A stretch of 63,897 nt of DNA, filler included, from Octopus bimaculoides (lineage: Eukaryota), in the NCBI RefSeq assembly GCF_001194135.2. It is 10 parts of 10 records of this genome, joined end to end, with 100 filler letters (N's around TTAATTAATTAA, not from the genome) between each part and the next. Parts side by side here need not be neighbours in the genome. Positions count along the whole stretch, not along the records: positions 1 to 5,956 come from NC_068991.1; positions 6,057 to 16,080 come from NC_069005.1; 8 more parts are not named here. One strand, given 5' to 3'. Shown piece by piece: positions 1 through 12,249 of this stretch. Position 1 is the stretch's first letter, and each line of letters starts with the position of its first letter. Under the pieces are notes generated by a model, which saw nothing but the letters and a program-made list of their open reading frames with translations, was not told the DNA's origin and did no database searches. Both the position numbers and the translations under genes were made by a program.

Positions 1-714
1 TATATATATATAAATGTATACATACATACATGTGTGTGTGTATGTATATATATATTTGTATGTATGTATGTATGTATGTATATTCAATAGATTGAGATAG
101 TCTATCCAGGCGGGTACCGTCCAAGCACTCTAGTATAATCCAAGTTTTGGTTAACCTTTGGCGAATGATATGAAATAACTCGTAATTATTTAAGGGAAGT
201 AATCACACAGTATTTCAACCGATAGGTGAAACCCGATAGTTCGCTTCATTGGATTATATATCCAAGATATTAAAATCAAGATGCAGAACTATGCATCTAC
301 ATTAATTTTTATCATTACAGCATTCCTTTTGGACAGTATACTCTTTTTAAATCTTAGTCTGATATATGCTTCTGCTACAAGGATAGCTTGTAAGTGGTAT
401 CCATTTGAATCCCTTTGGTTTCGCTGCATTCAGATTTCCTCCTGGCTAAGAACAATCTTATATCATAGACCGTCAACACCATTTATTATACTCTGGTTCG
501 CTTCAACATCTATTAGTGACAACAACTTGAACAAAGCTGCATGGATACGTAGAAAACCGAATGCAGCCGAGGATGCAAAAGAATAACACATAACAAGATA
601 TCTGTGCAGCAGAAACATTTGTTAGACAGGCTTAAAGAGAATATACGGTATAAGAGACAGCTATTATACATCTGTGTAGATGTATGATTCACCATTTTAT
701 TTTAATGTCTAATA

Positions 715-1000
715 TCTTTATATATAAAAGGCAGAATGTGTGTGTGTGTGTGTGTGCGTGAATGTAATTTATGCACGTCCACAAATTAACACGCATGTCG
801 CTCCAATTTTGGGGGGACATTCGTCATGACCCTAGCTACATTTTCGTCGACTTTTTTTCCCCTGAGGCACCAGCGAATAGCAGTAAAAATAAATTTTCAA
901 CCAAAACTTTATAAAATTTAAAAATAGGATAAAATCTTTATAAGAATTTATCAAGTAGTTAGCGTGAAAAAAACTCATACGGGAAAATTTTATTAATTAT
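715..1000 (+). mobile_element. Possible non-autonomous Helitron-like element, 5' end
   Basis: A|TCTTTATATATAAAAG start followed by (GT)n is typical of short Helitron/Helentron 5' ends; runs into a gap, so no 3' end is seen. Confidence 0.3.
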
Positions 1001-1579
1001 TCCCTTTAAATATATTTATTTATATATATTNNNNNNNNNNNNNNNNNNNNNNNNNNNNNNNNNNNNNNNNNNNNNNNNNNNNNNNNNNNNNNNNNNNNNN
1101 NNNNNNNNNNNNNNNNNNNNNNNNNNNNNNNNNNNNNNNNNNNNNNNNNNNNNNNNNNNNNNNNNNNNNNNNNNNNNNNNNNNNNNNNNNNNNNNNNNNN
1201 NNNNNNNNNNNNNNNNNNNNNNNNNNNNNNNNNNNNNNNNNNNNNNNNNNNNNNNNNNNNNNNNNNNNNNNNNNNNNNNNNNNNNNNNNNNNNNNNNNNN
1301 NNNNNNNNNNNNNNNNNNNNNNNNNNNNNNNNNNNNNNNNNNNNNNNNNNNNNNNNNNNNNNNNNNNNNNNNNNNNNNNNNNNNNNNNNNNNNNNNNNNN
1401 NNNNNNNNNNNNNNNNNNNNNNNNNNNNNNNNNNNNNNNNNNNNNNNNNNNNNNNNNNNNNNNNNNNNNNNNNNNNNNNNNNNAGGCTGATATGCATATA
1501 TACATGCGCATGTGTATGCTATGTTGTGCTTGTGCGGGTGAGCATATATACATATAGATAACTCCATTTACATCCATCC

Positions 1580-1626
<47 letters not shown>

Positions 1627-2069
1627 GATCTATCTATCTCTTAGTGTGAGTTTGTGCGTGTATATACACACACAAACACACACACTCATGCGTAAATATC
1701 AACATATCGCACAAACACTCACATACACGTTCAGAAGCTCATAATTGATTAATTGCAGGGATGAACAAGGCTTTGGCGAACGTGATGGTTCATAATGTGG
1801 AATGAACCTCAACCTAAACGAATACATTTATCATGTGTGGTGACAGAATTGCACTCACAGATGTGTGCTTATATGCATGCACACACGTATTCATACACAT
1901 ACAACTATACATACATGATCACTCACAAACATACATGCACACGCATACACATACAAGTGAAATGAAAATAAGTGTTTCAGTGTGGTTGGTGGAATACACT
2001 TGAATGTTGGAGAAGAATAAAGGTATATTAAATATGTTACAATTTAAGTTATTGATATTATCCTCTCTT

Positions 2070-2250
2070 GCTTCTCAACCACATGGTTCCGGGTTCACTT
2101 AAACTGCGTGGTATCTTGGGCACGTGTCTTTATCTAGTCTAGCTTCGGGATGAACGAAAGCCTTGTGAGTGGATTTGGCAGACGGAAACTGAAAGAAGTC
2201 CGTTGTACATATAAGCGCGCGCGCGTGTGTGTATGTGTGTATGTGTGTGT

Positions 2251-2291
<41 letters not shown>

Positions 2292-2330
2292 TGTGTTTGC
2301 ACGACGGGCTTCGGGCCACAATATATAGAT
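2070..2330 (+). mobile_element. tRNA-derived SINE family B, 5' part
   Basis: CCACATGGTTCCGGGTTCA...GCCTTGTGAGTGGATTTGGCAGACGGAAACTGAAAGAAG matches the fuller copy at 59419-59878. Confidence 0.75.
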
Positions 2331-3326
2331 AGGAAGCTCCTGAAGCCTAGAATTTTAATTTGAATTTACGGAGACAATATGTATATATNNNNNNNNNNNN
2401 NNNNNNNNNNNNNNNNNNNNNNNNNNNNNNNNNNNNNNNNNNNNNNNNNNNNNNNNNNNNNNNNNNNNNNNNNNNNNNNNNNNNNNNNNNNNNNNNNNNN
2501 NNNNNNNNNNNNNNNNNNNNNNNNNNNNNNNNNNNNNNNNNNNNNNNNNNNNNNNNNNNNNNNNNNNNNNNNNNNNNNNNNNNNNNNNNNNNNNNNNNNN
2601 NNNNNNNNNNNNNNNNNNNNNNNNNNNNNNNNNNNNNNNNNNNNNNNNNNNNNNNNNNNNNNNNNNNNNNNNNNNNNNNNNNNNNNNNNNNNNNNNNNNN
2701 NNNNNNNNNNNNNNNNNNNNNNNNNNNNNNNNNNNGAAGATAAGACAGAACGTACTCTAGAATAGTCTCTTCCTGAGTAGTGGATCAACCCACTGCACAG
2801 AGGATTCCAAGGTGGCAAACACAAACCAAGACAGGAAAAATTGGACAGTGAAAACAACATTCAAAAGCCGTACGGCCAAACGCGAATCTGAGGTAGAACG
2901 CTAGTAGTTCGTCTTGCCTTCACAGCGGTTGGAGTGAGTGAAAAGAAAGCTGACCACAGGTCACACGAGAGCAGCGCCAGTCTGGAGAACTGCATTACGC
3001 AGAAACAATTGTAGTGATTGCAAATAAATGTCCAACCATACTCTTTCTTGTTGGCTCTAGCTTCCAACTTTTTCAATTATGTATGTGTGTGAGTATGCGC
3101 GTGTGTGCATGCGTGTGTGTGTGTGCGAAGCACACCAATACTGGTTGTCAAACGGTGGGGGTGGGATGGGGTAAACAGATAGACACAAGGACACACACAC
3201 ACACAGACACATAAACACACACACACATATGCACATACATTTATACGCACACACATATACGCTCACGCATATATATGACGGTTTTCTTTCAGTTTTCGTC
3301 TATTAAATCTACCCGCGAAGCTTAGG

Positions 3327-3570
3327 TCAGAGAGAGAGGGGGAGAAAGAGAGAAGAGGGGAGAAAGAAAGAGGAGGGGAGAGAAAGACATGGAGGAGGAG
3401 AGGGAGAGAGAAGGGGAGAAAGAGAGGGAGAGGGAGAAAGAGAGAGAGAAAGAGAAGGACGGGGAGAGAGAAAGACAGAAAGAAAGGGAGAGAGTGAGGG
3501 AGAGTGCGAGAGAGAGTGTGAGAGAGACAAAGTGAAAGAGAGACAGAGAAAGACAGAGAAAGCAAGAGAA
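3327..3570. repeat. (GA)-rich polypurine tract
   Basis: Direct inspection. Confidence 0.9.
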
Positions 3571-4571
3571 ATCATGTATTGAATACAATTACCTATTTTC
3601 TTTGTCTTCGTTCGCTTTGTTTAGATGAATTTCTTCGTATACGAAACGCCGTAAATTTCGATGCTGACTTTTAATTCTAAAGTAAATCAATAGAGATCAC
3701 TTAAGAATGAGAACATCGCACTGCTAACACAGAAATAAGGCACATTATTGACTTGTAAACCTTTAATATACTTGGTAGTATATTATGCTTTCAAAACTAA
3801 ATACTGTCTTTGCAATCAATTAATACATATACATGCATGCATGCATACATACATACATACATACACAAAGATGCATATATATAATACATGCACACAAGCA
3901 TGCATACATGGATACAAGANNNNNNNNNNNNNNNNNNNNNNNNNNNNNNNNNNNNNNNNNNNNNNNNNNNNNNNNNNNNNNNNNNNNNNNNNNNNNNNNN
4001 NNNNNNNNNNNNNNNNNNNNNNNNNNNNNNNNNNNNNNNNNNNNNNNNNNNNNNNNNNNNNNNNNNNNNNNNNNNNNNNNNNNNNNNNNNNNNNNNNNNN
4101 NNNNNNNNNNNNNNNNNNNNNNNNNNNNNNNNNNNNNNNNNNNNNNNNNNNNNNNNNNNNNNNNNNNNNNNNNNNNNNNNNNNNNNNNNNNNNNNNNNNN
4201 NNNNNNNNNNNNNNNNNNNNNNNNNNNNNNNNNNNNNNNNNNNNNNNNNNNNNNNNNNNNNNNNNNNNNNNNNNNNNNNNNNNNNNNNNNNNNNNNNNNN
4301 NNNNNNNNNNNNNNNNNNNNNNNNNNNNNNNNNNNNNNNNNNNNNNNNNNNNNNNNNNNNNNNNNNNNNNNNNNNNNNNNNNNNNNNNNNNNNNNNNNNN
4401 NNNNNNNNNNNNNNNNNNNNNNNNNNNNNNNNNNNNNNNNNNNNNNNNNNNNNNNNNNNNNNNNNNNNNNNNNNNNNNNATATATGTATATATGTACATG
4501 TATATGTATATATACCTACACATCCACACACGCACACACATACACTTACACACACACACACACAGACACAG

Positions 4572-4602
<31 letters not shown>

Positions 4603-5019
4603 ATCATTTTATTTACATGTCTGTTTCATGTATTAGTGTATAAAGCCAAAACAATATCCATGCGCATTCACTTTAAATATGTGTTTTTGATGCGTGTGTG
4701 TGTGTGTGTGTGTGCATGATTTATATGTAGGTATGTATGTGTATGTGTGAGTCTGTGTATGTATCTACGCCAATTAGACTGAAATGCGATATCGCTAGAC
4801 TTCCTGTCCGTCTGCTTATTTCATTTACCAAAACAGCCTCTGCCTCTCAGTTCGTTAATTCCAACAACACCATTAGATGAACAAATGCAGGCACACCAAC
4901 ACACATACACCCCCCCCCCCCCNNNNNNNNNNNNNNNNNNNNNNNNNNNNGCGTACACACACACGCTCACGCAAACACACACACACAGATATACACACAT
5001 AAACATAAATATATGTATG

Positions 5020-5062
<43 letters not shown>

Positions 5063-5167
5063 ATGTATGTATATATATACATATACTGATTTGTGTGTGT
5101 ATACCTTATAACAGATGCAAATTAGAAGTCTATGTTACAGAAACAAAGAAACACCTTACGTTTGAGT

Positions 5168-5361
5168 TCTTTCTTCTTCTTATTCTTCTTCTTTTCTTCT
5201 TCTTCTTTTCTTCTTCTTCTTCTTCTTCATTCTTCTTTTCTTCTTCTTCTTTTCTTCTTCTTTTCTTCTTCTTCTTTTCTTCTTCTTTTCTTCTTCTTCT
5301 ATTTCTAAGCCTCGTTCTCTTGTCCTCCCTTCTCTTCCTACTTCTCCTCCTCCTCTGTTCT

Positions 5362-5412
<51 letters not shown>

Positions 5413-5460
5413 AGCTACTGCTACTGCTGCTGCTGCTGCTGCTGCCGTTGCTGCTCTTGC
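5168..5460. repeat. Compound trinucleotide microsatellite (CTT)n-(CTA)n-(CTG)n
   Basis: Direct inspection. Confidence 0.9.
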
Positions 5461-5544
5461 CGCAATGGTAATAATAGAAATCCTTTCTACTAAAAGCACA
5501 ATGCCTAAAATTTGGAGCAGGGGACTAGTCAATTATATGGACCT

Positions 5545-5696
5545 CAGTGTTTCTCAGGTAACTTACTTTATCGACCCCGAAAAGATGAAAGGGAAACTCA
5601 ATCTCGGTGGAATTTGAACTCAGAACGTAGCGACGGGCAAAATGCCTCTAAGCATTTCGTCCAGCGTGCTAACAATTCTGCCAGCTCGCCGCCTTA
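5545..5696 (-). mobile_element. SINE family A
   Basis: Reverse complement of the AAGGCGGCGAGCTGGCAG...GTTCAAATTCC...GGGGTCGATAAA copy at 6782. Confidence 0.85.
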
Positions 5697-5712
5697 TTGA
5701 TAATGATGATGA

Positions 5713-5713
5713 A

Positions 5714-5756
<43 letters not shown>

Positions 5757-5815
5757 TTACTACTACTACTACTGATGATGATGATGATGATGATGATAAT
5801 AATAATAATAATAAA
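5713..5815. repeat. (ACT)n-(GAT)n-(AAT)n microsatellite
   Basis: Direct inspection. Confidence 0.9.
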
Positions 5816-5956
5816 GCCTTTGACAGCATACCACATTCGTGGTTTCTGAAATCGCTGGACATTTTTAGAATTTCTCCTGTGATTTCAGATTTCTTAAAGT
5901 ATAATATGTCACTATGGAACACGAAGCTGCAATTATATCATTCTAATGGAGTATTG

Positions 5957-6056
5957 NNNNNNNNNNNNNNNNNNNNNNNNNNNNNNNNNNNNNNNNNNNN
6001 TTAATTAATTAANNNNNNNNNNNNNNNNNNNNNNNNNNNNNNNNNNNNNNNNNNNN
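5957..6056. other. Artificial contig-join spacer (44N-TTAATTAATTAA-44N)
   Basis: Identical 100-nt structure occurs nine times; the palindromic 12-mer has stops in all six frames. Confidence 0.9.
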
Positions 6057-6781
6057 AAAAAAAAAAAAAAAAAAGAAAAAGCTTCTGGGGTCACAGTTTA
6101 ATGACTGAAATAAGTAAAATATCCAAGAAAGGTAGCCTCAAAGCGATCGCTTGAGCTGTTACAAACATTGATACACCTTACCGTCTTAACCTCTTAACAC
6201 ATTTTTGTTTTCAATTTCCTTGCCAAAAAATTTTTTATTTTTTATTTTGAATCTGTATATAAAGAAGAATAAGTGCACAAATTATTTTGGATCAGTTCTG
6301 ATTTATTATGAAGTTACTGATAGAAATGATAGTTACTGATCGTTAATGATAGAAAACGGGAATAACATCGTGAACGAAGTATTTAGGGTTAGAAATAAGT
6401 GACGGATACCTTAGAGTACAGTGAACGTATATTTTCGTTCAAATATATGTTTGCTAGACATCTCTACATGAAAATATACGGGATAATATGTTAAGAGATT
6501 GAAACAAGAAGGATACACTGGAAATTTTGTAGTCCGAGATACCCAATACGATGGGATGGTCAAGAGTGGAAGGCCTTTGATTAAACTGTAGGTCTACTGC
6601 TTAATCGAGACTGATCTTGGTTTATATAACAACAACAACGACAACAGCACTTACAAAACTATCCAAGATGTCATTTCTCTAAAAATAAATTAAAAAACGG
6701 GAGCGATTTGGAGTGACTTGAGAGAAATTTCAAAATTTCACATCTATTTCTAGCCGATCGAGTGTTTAGAAATAGTTATTA

Positions 6782-7013
6782 AGGCGGCGAGCTGGCAGAA
6801 ACGTTAGCACGTCGGGCGAAATGCTTAGCGGTATTTCGTCTGCCGTTACGCTCTGAGTTCAAATTCCGCTGAGGTCGACTTTGCCTTTCATCCTTTCGGG
6901 GTCGATAAATTAAGTACCAGTTACGCACTGGGGTCGATATAATCGATTTAATCCCCTTGTCTGTCCTTGTTTGTCCCCTCTGTGTGTAGCCCCTTGTGGG
7001 TAGTAAAGAAATA
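6782..7013 (+). mobile_element. SINE family A, near full length
   Basis: GGCGGCGAGCTGGCAGAAACGTTAGCAC...GAGTTCAAATTCC (B-box-like)...AAAGAAATA; at least seven copies in the window. Confidence 0.85.
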
Positions 7014-7248
7014 AGAAATAGTTATTTTCACGTTGCTTGTTCTCTGTTGTCCTCTGGTATTTTTTTACTTTGAAAATGTCTGTAGGAACGCAATGGGAAA
7101 ATTCATTTCGCGTTACGACCAGGTTTTTAGGAACGTCCTACTTCTGTAAAGTGAGGGATTAGTTTATATGTACACGCCTGAATTAGAAACTTGAACGCTG
7201 GATAAAAGAGAGACGAGATACATAAAGTATTATTGTAATATATAAGCA

Positions 7249-7280
7249 CTAGCAACCCCCACCCGACCATGCACGTTGTA
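7249..7280 (-). mobile_element. Possible Helitron 3' terminus
   Basis: Minus strand reads CGTGCATGGTCGGGTGGGGGTTGCTAG|T, i.e. a GC-rich subterminal stretch and CTAG end. Confidence 0.25.
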
Positions 7281-7750
7281 TAGTGGATCGAAAGTGCTAT
7301 CAAGAAGTAGTTAACATTAGTGATAACACGGAGACATTAGCTGTTATTTATATTAGTAATTTATATTAAATGGAGCACCGATACAGCGTATTTGAGATTA
7401 AATTTGTAAACAGAGTTATCGTAACTAAATGTTTTATGATTTTTTTCGAGAACAATCCAGCGAGAATTGTGTTTATCGTTTCAGTCGGCCTATATAAATG
7501 CAATCCCCACAGTTTGAAACCTGTTTGATAAGTGCCAATGCACGAAACATTCGGCTCTTGACTCTGTGACTTCTGCCGAGTAAACAGAGAATATGATTCA
7601 TAAACAACTTTGTAGATTCTTTGTGAAAGTAGTAGACCCATTGGTTCAGCCCGGTGACCGGTTCAAGAATAGGGTGTTAGGGTATTAGCTATGTGCCCTG
7701 TTACAAAATATCGAGTTGCAGAGAACAGAATTTATATTTACGTGGTAGTA

Positions 7751-7889
7751 AAGGCATCGAGCTGGCAGAAGAGTCAGCACACTGGGCAAAATGCTCAGCG
7801 GTATTTCGTCCATCTTTACGTTCTGAGTTCAAATTCCGCCGTGATCGACTTTGCCATTCATCCTTTCGTAGTCGATAAAGTAAGTACCA
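7751..7889 (+). mobile_element. SINE family A, 3'-truncated, abutting the Penelope fragment
   Basis: Similar to 6782-7013. Confidence 0.8.
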
Positions 7890-7890
7890 A

Positions 7891-8448
7891 TTGAATATAA
7901 GTAACGATCGTGATACCCACCACGAAGAAATGATCAAGCTCAGTAACGATCTATTAAGCAACAACTACCCCAAAAGTATACTCTTCACTCCAATTATGAA
8001 AAAAAGAGAGGATGAAACCGATATGACATCAGGACAGCATTCAAAAGTAATACAACACTTCGCAAATATCTCCTTCGAGTAAAACCACCAATAGAAGAGA
8101 ATATGACCAAAAAACTGCATGTACTCCATCCCATGCAGCGGTGGCAGGTTATACAAACGCGAAACATATCGCCCCTTCAGCATAAGGGTAGACGAACATC
8201 GCAAAGCTGTGATACGAGGAGATATTGATAAATCGGGTATAGCTAATCATGTATGGAAAAATGGAGACCACCTCCCGCTGTGGGAGGAAGTTAAAATAAT
8301 AGACAGAGAACACCACTGGAAAATACGAAAACTAAAAGAAGCAGCACATATGCTAGGACACAACACCCTCCTAAGCAGACCGAGTGCAGATATGAACAGC
8401 ATATGGGAACCAGTATTAAGGAAGGATCGGATAATATTAAATTTATAA
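7891..8448 (+). mobile_element. Penelope-like retroelement fragment: RT thumb plus GIY-YIG endonuclease, disrupted
   Basis: NNYPKSI then KNCMYSIPCSGGRLYKRETYRPFSIRVDEHRKAV...SGIANHVW...KIIDRE...RKLKEA; degenerate GIY-YIG with the PLE-typical R..EH and H...E motifs; internal stops. Confidence 0.85.
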
Positions 8449-8477
8449 GCCCTAAAATTCACTCCATGGTCGCCCAC

Positions 8478-8550
8478 GGGCATATGGCGTAATGGTTAAG
8501 CGCGCGGGCTACTAATCCCAAGATTCCGAGTGCGATTCCAGGCAGTGACC
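8478..8550 (+). other. tRNA-Arg(ACG)-derived head (Pol III A/B boxes); not a functional tRNA
   Basis: GGGCATATGGCGTAATGGTTAAG...CTACTAATCCCAAGATTCCGAGTGCGATTCCAGGC; A box TGGCGTAATGG; resembles eukaryotic tRNA-Arg(ACG) as recalled, but the acceptor stem is broken. Confidence 0.7.
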
Positions 8551-8651
8551 TGAATAATAATTATAGTAATAATAATAATAATGATAATAATAATAATAAC
8601 AACATCGAAAAATACCTTAAGAATGAGAACCCAGGTTCGAAATTTCCCCAA

Positions 8652-8697
8652 GACACCTGATGAAGGCTGGAGGGAATATCAGTCAAAACGTTGTGTT
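8652..8697 (+). ncRNA. Minimal type I hammerhead ribozyme motif (G12 mutated to A)
   Basis: GACAC-CTGATGA-A-GGCTG(loop)CAGTC-AAAAC-GTT-GTGTT; stems I and II pair; located downstream of a PLE ORF. Confidence 0.7.
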
Positions 8698-9108
8698 AAC
8701 AACAAACAAGATGAGGACAAATATCCGTCAACTGTAAATGATGTAAATAATTCCTCATCTCTTAAATATAGAATTGTATTTCGTTTTCTGTTTGAAAATA
8801 AAAGAAGTGAGGATTGCAACGGCGGTATGTATCTACCTTTCTACTTTTCCTTCACACTGTAGTATATTATTCTAACTCAATTTTAATTCAATCTCTATTC
8901 AAAAATGGAACTAGTAACTTCCACTATCCTTTGCTATGGATTGTCATCGAATCTCTCCCTACAGAACTGCTAACAGCCTATATGTTTTATCTATAACTTT
9001 ATTAGATCTTTGTTCCTGGAACTACCAAACACATATAGTTTTCATTCTGGTCTTTCATTTCTCGACGGACTGGAAACAACAACTAATATCCTCGATTGGG
9101 GATATTCT

Positions 9109-9153
<45 letters not shown>

Positions 9154-9340
9154 ATGACGAAATACTTAGCTTATGCGGAATCCTTCTTCAACATCATGAT
9201 CTACACGTTTGGCTATCCTAGAAACAGCTGTAAGAGACTTTATTTATCACAACTACTCTGCACTACGTTTAAATTCTTTATTTAAATTAAATGTTTTTTC
9301 CAGTGATGCTAAATATTTTGCTTATTCATTTTCTATTTTG

Positions 9341-9412
<72 letters not shown>

Positions 9413-10309
9413 GTCTGTCTGTCTGTCTCTGCCTGTCTATATGTACATACAGAAATGGACGAGACGTAGTCGTGTTGATTGTGAGACATTGATGCAACGC
9501 TTATTAATGACGGATTATAAAACATACTTCTAAACACTACGGTTGAAGTATGAAAAATCCTTGGAGAGGCTTCCGCTACCTAGTAAGCTATACGATAGGG
9601 TCTCGCGTATATGTTACATAGTGAATTAAAAAAGCCTTGATTAACTAGGAGTGTTAAAAACGGAAGCCTAAATGAAAGACAAGATGTTCACAGCTGGAGC
9701 ACCTTTGATCGTTGGCCTGCTTGATAAGGGCTGACCTAAGCCTAAACAACATCGATAAATTCGGTATCCAGCTGTGTGATCTATGAAACTTCATTCATCA
9801 ATATATTTATCATGCTATTCACTGCATGTGGTTATATTGATAAGCTTATCGTAATTTGGGCAGTGTTCGTTAAGTGGTGGAGCGGCAAGAAACAATATTT
9901 GTGTCACACGAAAAACTTGCAGTGGAATGAATTTTATGCCGTGAGAACGAAGTGTTCATGGTGGATCCCTTCGTCAAACAAGAGATGACATGCCGACTGA
10001 TGTTACAGACGAGTCAGTGAGAGTGAGAGCGAATGCGGTGAGGTGAGTGAGAGAAGTACATCAAGCTGTTGGTGGAAGCACGGAACGTGAATAGAGATTG
10101 CATTAAATGGACGTGTAGTTAAGAAGCTCGCTTCGCAACCACGTCATTCTAGGTTCGATCCCACTGCTCAATAATTGCTTCTATACTCTTATCTGATTTC
10201 GTTAAACTATAGTACAAGGAGTTCCAGCTGTGACCATCACGTCTTTTAATCGCCTAGCAAGCGATTCCATCCGAGAACAGTTCTCTAATGGAATCCAAAC
10301 TACATATTC

Positions 10310-10494
10310 TTTTATTGTTTTACATGTTTCTGTCATTTGACTACAGCCATATTGGAGCGCTGCCTCAACGGGTTTTAGTCGAAGAAATCAAAGCCAGTAC
10401 TTATTTTTTAAGCTTGGTACTTATTCTATCAGTCTATTTTGCCGAGCCGCTATGTTACGAGGACATAAACACATAAAGCGATGGTAGGGGGACA

Positions 10495-10531
<37 letters not shown>

Positions 10532-10750
10532 NNNNNNNNNNNNNNNNNNNNNNNNNNNNNNNNNNNNNNNNNNNNNNNNNNNNNNNNNNNNNNNNNNNNN
10601 NNNNNNNNNNNNNNNNNNNNNNNNCACACACACAGGCTTTGGTCGGCCCGAGGCTATAGTAGAAGACACTTGCCCAAGGTGCCATGCAACGAAACTTAGC
10701 CCAGAACCATGTGGTTGGGAAGAAAGCTTCTTAACACACTTCTACGCCTT
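10310..10750 (-). mobile_element. SINE family B with internal (CA)n and gap
   Basis: Matches 59419-59878 in reverse. Confidence 0.85.
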
Positions 10751-11094
10751 TGTCTAGAACTTCTGTTTTCAAGTTGTTTCCTCCAATGCCATATTTGATT
10801 TCATGTTGAAAATCTTCGCTTTTATTAGATAATTTTATCGCTTAATCACGAAGACGAACAATACCTGTGGTGGTTTTCAAGACCTCTTCCAAGACGCGTT
10901 GGAAGAAGTTATCATAAAACCATAGACCTGAGCCCGGATGCCTGCAATAAAGTGTACTCCACAAAACGCACCCAAGGGCCAGGTGTTGTTGCTGCAATTC
11001 AAGGAGGCTATGGAGGGATTGGAAATCAGAAATACAAAGAGATACAATAAATACTGTAAGACATCTCATCCAATACTCAAATGATTCCGCCAGT

Positions 11095-11245
11095 CTTGAC
11101 CCCAGACTGTTACTTTATTTATCGACCTCAGAAGGATGACAGACAGAGATGACTTCGGTGAGATCTGAACTTAGCGCGCAGAGAGCTGAAATAAATACTG
11201 CAAGGAATTTCGCCCGACCTTCTAAAGATTCTCCAATTCACCGTT
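11095..11245 (-). mobile_element. SINE family A, diverged
   Basis: TTTATCGACCTCAGAAGGATGA...GAACTTAG...GAATTTCGCCCGAC. Confidence 0.6.
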
Positions 11246-11393
11246 AATATGTTTTACAGAGTTAATTCTCGTCATAAATCTCGAATATAGGTAAAGTGAC
11301 TTGCAATGCAGAACGTTCGTGTATATATTTCACACCCTCACGCCTACACGTGTTTTCTCGGATTATTCTTTTCCTTCTCTCCGAGCCATTCCT

Positions 11394-11428
11394 CTTTCTG
11401 ACGAAGAGCCATGCTCGAAACGTCACTC
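11394..11428 (+). ncRNA. Hammerhead ribozyme motif with intact catalytic core, inside a short dispersed repeat (~11330-11510)
   Basis: CTGACGA (11398-11404), A, GAGC-CAT-GCTC, GAAAC, GTC (11422-11424); stem I is poorly paired in this copy. Confidence 0.6.
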
Positions 11429-11519
11429 CCCCATCTGTTTTCCATATTAAACTGAGCGTCAACCGAATACAATCACTGTGTACACCCTTTTGAGACTTGC
11501 TTTATTTTTATTTTTGATT

Positions 11520-11902
11520 TGTATGTACATATCTTTTATTTTGTACTTGTTTCAGCCATGCGGCCTTGCTGGGGTACTGCCTTAAAGAATTTTTAGCCGA
11601 ATGGATCGACCCCATTACTTATTCCTTGTTAAACCTGGTGATTATTCTACCGGATTCTTTTGCCACACCCTTAAGTAACAGAGGTGTAAATACACCAACA
11701 CCGTTAGCTAAGCAGTGGTGGGGGACAAACACAGACACAAAGATACACACACATACATAGATAGCATGCTTCTTTCAGTTTCCGTCTACCGAATCCACTC
11801 ACAAGGTTTTGGTCGACCCGAGGCTATAGTGGAAGATACTTGCACGGGACTGAACCCAGAACCATGTAGTTTGGAAATAAGCTTTTTATCACACAGCCTC
11901 GC

Positions 11903-11905
<3 letters not shown>
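11520..11905 (-). mobile_element. SINE family B
   Basis: Matches 59419-59878 in reverse. Confidence 0.85.
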
Positions 11906-11943
<38 letters not shown>

Positions 11944-12146
11944 NNNNNNNNNNNNNNNNNNNNNNNNNNNNNNNNNNNNNNNNNNNNNNNNNNNNNNNNN
12001 NNNNNNNNNNNNNNNNNNNNNNNNNNNNNNNNNNNNNNNNNNNNNNNNNNNNNNNNNNTACAAACACACACACACACTCTCTCTCTCACACACATACACA
12101 TACGCTCTCTCTCTTTCACACGCTCTCTCTCTCACATACACACATG

Positions 12147-12193
<47 letters not shown>

Positions 12194-12216
12194 TCTCTCA
12201 CACACACACACGCACA

Positions 12217-12249
<33 letters not shown>

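Noticed and set aside
8478-8550. Functional tRNA gene (also the tRNA-like heads at 30557, 33517, 41050-41123, 52750-52821, 59194 and 59419)
   Set aside because: Acceptor, anticodon or T stems are broken and each head is embedded in a repeat; these are SINE or repeat heads
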